The notes beneath the pieces are model-generated. The model was given only the letters and a program-made list of their open reading frames with translations, had not been told where the DNA came from and searched no databases. Below, in pieces: positions 59,834 through 64,000 of a stretch of 64,000 nucleotides of DNA. The DNA is from Azolla caroliniana. Lineage: Eukaryota > Plantae > Polypodiophyta. Every line of letters starts with the position of its first letter. Position 1 is the stretch's first letter. Both the position numbers and the translations under genes were made by a program. Location: positions 11,594,001-11,658,000 of the forward strand of contig JBHGNT010000013.1 of the NCBI GenBank assembly GCA_043228905.1. Direction: 5' to 3'.

Positions 59834-62073
59834 TCACTCGGTTTCACACCGTAGCCGAAAATCGTCACGACATCCACCCCCACCAAACCCGCACATCCTC
59901 CGGTATGTGCCGAGAAAGGTGAAGAGGTGAGATCTTTGGCAACGGTGATCAACCGAGTTCCTTTGCACGCTCGTTGACTTCGTCTTCCACTTCGAGTATG
60001 CGCAATCTTTCCAACCGAACCACCGTAGCCACCCGATCCACCATATACGGCGCTCACACCTTCTTCCCCGATCGGTTGTAGTAGATCTACCGAACGATGT
60101 CGTCGATACGACCGCTCTTCCTTCGTCCACCGCGCGTGTCCTTCGATTGGACTCCTGGCCACTCCTCACGCTCACCGTCTTCAACTGGGTATTGTAGATC
60201 GTTCGTGTCGATCTCCGATTAGGCCGGGTTTGCCCTTGTCCGGATCGGTCTCCACCGATCGCTTCTTGGCTTGGTTGGCCTTCGTCTGCATTCACATTTC
60301 CCCGAGTCGGGCTCGACCGATTGATTCTGGCTGGGTCGGCCCCCTTTTGGATTGGAATTGTCCGATCGATTTTCGCCGAATCAGGTTTCGGCCGGGTCGG
60401 CCCCAGTCGATCGGCTCCCATGTGGATCTTCCTTCGTTCGGGCCGGAATCTCGGCCGGATCGTCTTCCGGTTCGACTGGTTCTCGACTCTTCCTTCCTTC
60501 CCGTATGTAACCTCTCCATCGAACTCAACCGCAGCTTCATCCTTGGCCTCCACGTCGGCCATATCCTTCCCTCCGTGTATGCTCGCCTCGAGCCATATTG
60601 TCTCCTCTTCGCCACCTCCTTTATCTTCGGTCTTATGTCGACACACGGTCTCAACTGCCGAAGTCTCCGGAACCAGTGTGAAGGAATCCCTTCGCTCATG
60701 CACATTTACCTTGTCTTCTTCATCGCCCTTCCGGTCGTCCTCTTTTTTGTCCACACATTCCGTCTCTCCGGTCTCACGTTGGCGCACGTGCACAACCGCC
60801 GAAGTCTCTAGAATAGGTGTGGGGATATCCTTTCTTCCTCGATCTTCTTCCTCCTTGTGTTGGGCCTTCGTCTTCCCGTCACCACCTTCCGTCTCTCCGG
60901 TCTCACGTTGGCACATGGGCGCAACCGTCGAAGTCTCTGGAACAAGCGTGAAGAAAGTGTCGACATGGCTATCCGTTCTCGACTCGTCCATAGCCACCTC
61001 CGACTCGATGTCGTTTGTCATGGCTACCTCCTCAATCACGTCGGACTCAAACACTTTATCTCCCTCGATCATGCAAGATTTTCTAATGCTTGCGCCTTCA
61101 TCACCCGATGTTTCGTACACAATGCGTGTTCCGAAACATTTATCCTCCCTCGAAGTGACGTTCGCCGTCCTCGAGTCATCGGCCTCCTCCTTCGCCGTCG
61201 TTTCTTTGTAAGACAAGAAGGTGACTTGTTTCACACCTTCTCTCTCGGTACCGTCATACCGAACTAGAGCCTTTGTATCGGCCACTTCATTAACCCGCAT
61301 TTGTTGGGAGGTCTCTTCTTCCTCGATCACCATTCGCCTCGGTTTTGTCTCCCTTCTAAGCTTCATTTCTTTTGTTGGTGGTGCGTTGTTGCATCTCGTC
61401 CCTCTTCGATCGTCCCTCTTCGATCGTCCCTCATGGGCCGTCTTGTTGTCGTCGATATTCTCGCTTGCCCCTTATCGTGTAGTCGGCATACACTTTCCAC
61501 TTTGCTCCAATCCTCGATGAGGCCATTTGCACCATCATCTTCTTCGAGTTTGAGGCCGATCGCCATCCTTTCCATTCGATCGATTGACTTCACGAACATA
61601 AGGACCTTATCGACCCCCACCAATCTTTGTTCCCGCTCCGACAATTGAGAAAAATGATGCTCGAAGTCTACGAATGCTTGTGTCGCGCCTTGGTGGGTCT
61701 TCGCTGATGTCACCCATTGGTTGAAGTTGCGTCGATCTTGTCCCTTTAGTCTCTCATAGTCATATTCCTCCAATAGAGCCTTCTCGAAAGTCGCCCACGA
61801 ATCATGAGCTTCTAGAAGCTCTTTTACATCTTTGAAGATCGGTTGAGACACCACCCGACAAAAGTACTCTAGCCTCATAGCTTTGTCCACACCTCTTGAA
61901 TCCATCTCCGCATTGTAGACTTTTAGGAAACTTTGGACTTTGACACCGTTGAAATAGCTCATTCGTTCGACTACCTTGTCGACGGCTTGTTGGGCTTCAT
62001 TTCTTCTTTTCCCTTCTCTCAAAAACTCCATCATCCTTCTTGACATTGCCTCCATGAGATATTCGCCATCCAT
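59834..62073 (-). pseudogene. Gag-like ORF of element B (741 aa when repaired), split by a 14-bp duplication
   Basis: 62073-61363 resembles a Gypsy gag N-terminus (FNGVKVQSFLKVYNAEM...W.TFEKALLEEY); 61366-59834 is an acidic, repeat-containing continuation. Removing one copy of tcgtccctcttcga (61396-61423) fuses the two in frame. Confidence 0.75.
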
Positions 62074-62572
62074 CTTCGTCCTCCCCTGCTGCTCTTCACG
62101 TCGGGTTCACCAAATGATGTCGCGAAGATTCGCGCGTGCGTGTGCTACTCAAGCGACCACCGGGGTCTTGGACTGGGGAGGACGTTCGCGGAATTATCGA
62201 CGCTAGATGACGATCAATGTAAGATTAAATGAAAATGGTTTACTTGAGAAGAAGAAAAATTGTACACTTGAGAAGTAGAAAAATATGAAGAAGATAAAGA
62301 CAAATTTTATATTGATGATAATGGTGTTGGTGATATCACATATTGAGCCCCCCTTACACAAGCCCAACTAGAGGCTTTTATAGGTCTTTCCATGCTTGTG
62401 ACATGCACAAAACCATTGGCTAAAACCATGGTTTTGTGCACACGGTTTTGCTTATGTCATGCACAAACCATGGGTTTAAAACCATGGTTTTGTGCACATG
62501 GTTTTCTATGGTTGTTTCGTCTATAATTTGTATATGAAAAGGAAATACATAAAATTTATACTATATGATAGT

Positions 62573-62639
62573 TGTCCTAGTGGTAAGGCAATTATCTTGT
62601 ATCTTAGAGGTGCAAGGTTCAAACCTTGCTTGCACCCCT
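62573..62639 (+). promoter_or_regulatory. tRNA-like Pol III A-box/B-box module in the 5' LTR of element B
   Basis: Identical copy of 59682-59748. Confidence 0.6.
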
Positions 62640-63246
62640 CTGAATGAACTCAAGTGCCACTAGGCCTTAGGAGGCTTATTTACTAAGTTTATGTGCAATG
62701 TTGCACATCCTTGGTTTATTCGTCTCACTCGGTTTCACACCGTAGCCGAAAATCGTCACGACAACGTGGACTCCAGAATGCGAGTTGAAGCGGATTTCGG
62801 ATACAGTCTAAAACCGACCCGACTTGAGCTTGAGGGGGCGTGTTGAGAATCAAGCTCAACTTGGTCTAGTGTGTGAACTCACCTTGAGAGTGAAGAGACA
62901 CTCCAACGGTCAAGATTCACCATTATGTCACCACTTTGTATTCTAGCATTTAGTATGAGTCATAGAATCATATTCTATGACACATAACTTATGAGCTTTC
63001 ACATTCCCCATGCTCCATGAGCCTAGTAGTTAATGAAGAGAGAGGGTGACTACATAAAGCACTCTCCTCCCACCTTGTAAAATGTTGAGTCTTTCTCCTT
63101 TGCTAATATACTTTTAACCTTGCGTATACTCTGTCTCTCTCTCTGTCTCTATCTCTATCTCACACACACACACAGTTCACACCTATTCCGCTTCACAAGA
63201 ATCTATCTCTTGATTCTTTATAGAGATGACACCACTCATCCGATAC

Positions 63247-64000
63247 TGTCAGGGATAGTACTAGAGGCAAGGAGAATTAGTACTAAAGATAGAGGAGAAG
63301 AATGAGGATTAGTACTCAAAAGGGAAAGAGTGTGTGAGAATCACGAGAGGGGAAGAGAGAGAGAGAGAGAGAGAGAGAATGATGACAACAAGAAGGATAT
63401 TATTATATAAAGAAGAATACAAGAACAACTAGGAAGCTTAAGACTGGCATTGAACCGAATTGGTTCTAAATAATGCCATGTGCCTTTATTTATAGTACTG
63501 TCAGGAGTACTCCTGAAGTATGGCTTCAACCCATGTAACACAAGGTCATGGGTTCAAATCCTTTTGGAGCCATACCATGCCATATCATGACACTATCCCC
63601 CCCTTTAAAAGACGAGTGTTGTCTTTGATTGAGGACCAGGTTTGTCTAGATAATGATGATGGAAGTCCTGATAGGGTTCTAGAATAGTGATGTCCTGATA
63701 GGGTTCTAGAATAGTGAAGTCCTGATAGGGTTCTAGAATACGATTGGGAATAGTGATGTCCTGATAGGGTTCTAGAAGAGAAATATGAAATATAGGATGT
63801 ATCCGTAGTTGTGGAGGTAGCTCAAGGTGAAAAGTGACATCATTAATTTTTCCGTTAATACAGAACGGCCCTAATAGTCAATAATCCAATTTGTCACATG
63901 GTCGAGTAGTTTTTATGTGTCGTCGTAATAGTCATACACGATCTCCAATATCAAAACTGGATAGAATTCGATGATGATCCGCATAATCTTTTTGTGTTTG
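63247..64000 (-). mobile_element. Element G: 3' end of a Tcn1/Tf-like Ty3/Gypsy (INT C-terminus, PPT, 3' LTR 63247-63592)
   Basis: Minus strand reads QKDYADHHR...IKTTRPCDKLDY*LLGPF...[21 protein letters not shown]; PPT AAAGGGGGGGATAG next to the LTR TGTCA...TGACA; TATAAATA near 63487. Confidence 0.85.
63665..63778. repeat. 27-bp tandem repeats (x4) at the end of the G integrase
   Basis: gtcctgatagggttctagaatagtga repeated; encodes (I)LEPYQD(I/F)TI on the minus strand. Confidence 0.9.

Larger units (their letters stand above)
59227..62763 (-). mobile_element. Element B: young non-autonomous gag-only LTR retrotransposon of the A family (LTRs 59227-59872 and 62118-62763)
   Basis: 646-bp LTRs with one visible difference (59668 C / 62559 T); 4-bp TSD ACGT; PBS TGGTGAACCCGACGTGAA 62095-62112 complementary to the plant tRNA-Trp 3' end; PPT identical to element A; no PR/RT/RH/INT motifs. 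Confidence 0.93.
53726..63222 (+). mobile_element. Element F: full-length Ty1/Copia with LTRs 53726-54115 and 62841-63222
   Basis: Perfect TSD GAGAT (53721-53725/63223-63227); PBS TGGTATCAGAGC 54116-54127; gag 54275-55111; PR WFVDSGASNHM; INT to about 56620; RT/RH to 59055; PPT TGAGGGGGCG 62831-62840. Contains a solo LTR and element B. Confidence 0.95.

Noticed and set aside
60230-61267. Plus-strand ORFs of 136-296 aa inside element B
   Set aside because: Antisense shadows of a purine-rich coding strand (Ser/Phe/Leu-rich); no independent evidence.
61363-61366. ATGA stop-start overlap suggesting termination-reinitiation in element B
   Set aside because: More simply explained by the 14-bp duplication just upstream; removing it restores one ORF.

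Overview
Eukaryotic plant nuclear DNA, almost certainly from a non-flowering land plant (fern-like), because it carries a spliced flavodiiron gene, a family lost in angiosperms. There are two host genes, both on the minus strand: a trehalose-6-phosphate phosphatase (9 coding exons, 4561-2424; last exons not found in the window) and a complete 10-exon Flv3-type flavodiiron protein (FLVB, 51108-46517, 634 aa). Most of the rest is nested LTR retrotransposons, labelled here A-I: Gypsy A (15097-~20660) fused to Copia D (~20665-35618), which carries full-length Gypsy C (22643-32550); two head-to-head chromovirus remnants H and I (35785-44864); and old Copia E interrupted by Copia F (53726-63222, itself holding a solo LTR and the young gag-only element B) and by Gypsy G. 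The most unusual system is the A/B Gypsy family. Its LTR U3 regions carry an antisense tRNA-like A-box/B-box Pol III cassette. It appears to insert at ACGT with a 4-bp TSD. B has a tRNA-Trp PBS, A has a candidate -1 frameshift (G GAU UUU UAG plus hairpin) after protease, and B is a very young pol-less partner. Gypsy C and a relative at the left edge share an extra 3' coiled-coil ORF and a non-purine plus-strand primer region. All calls were made by eye; no database searches were run.
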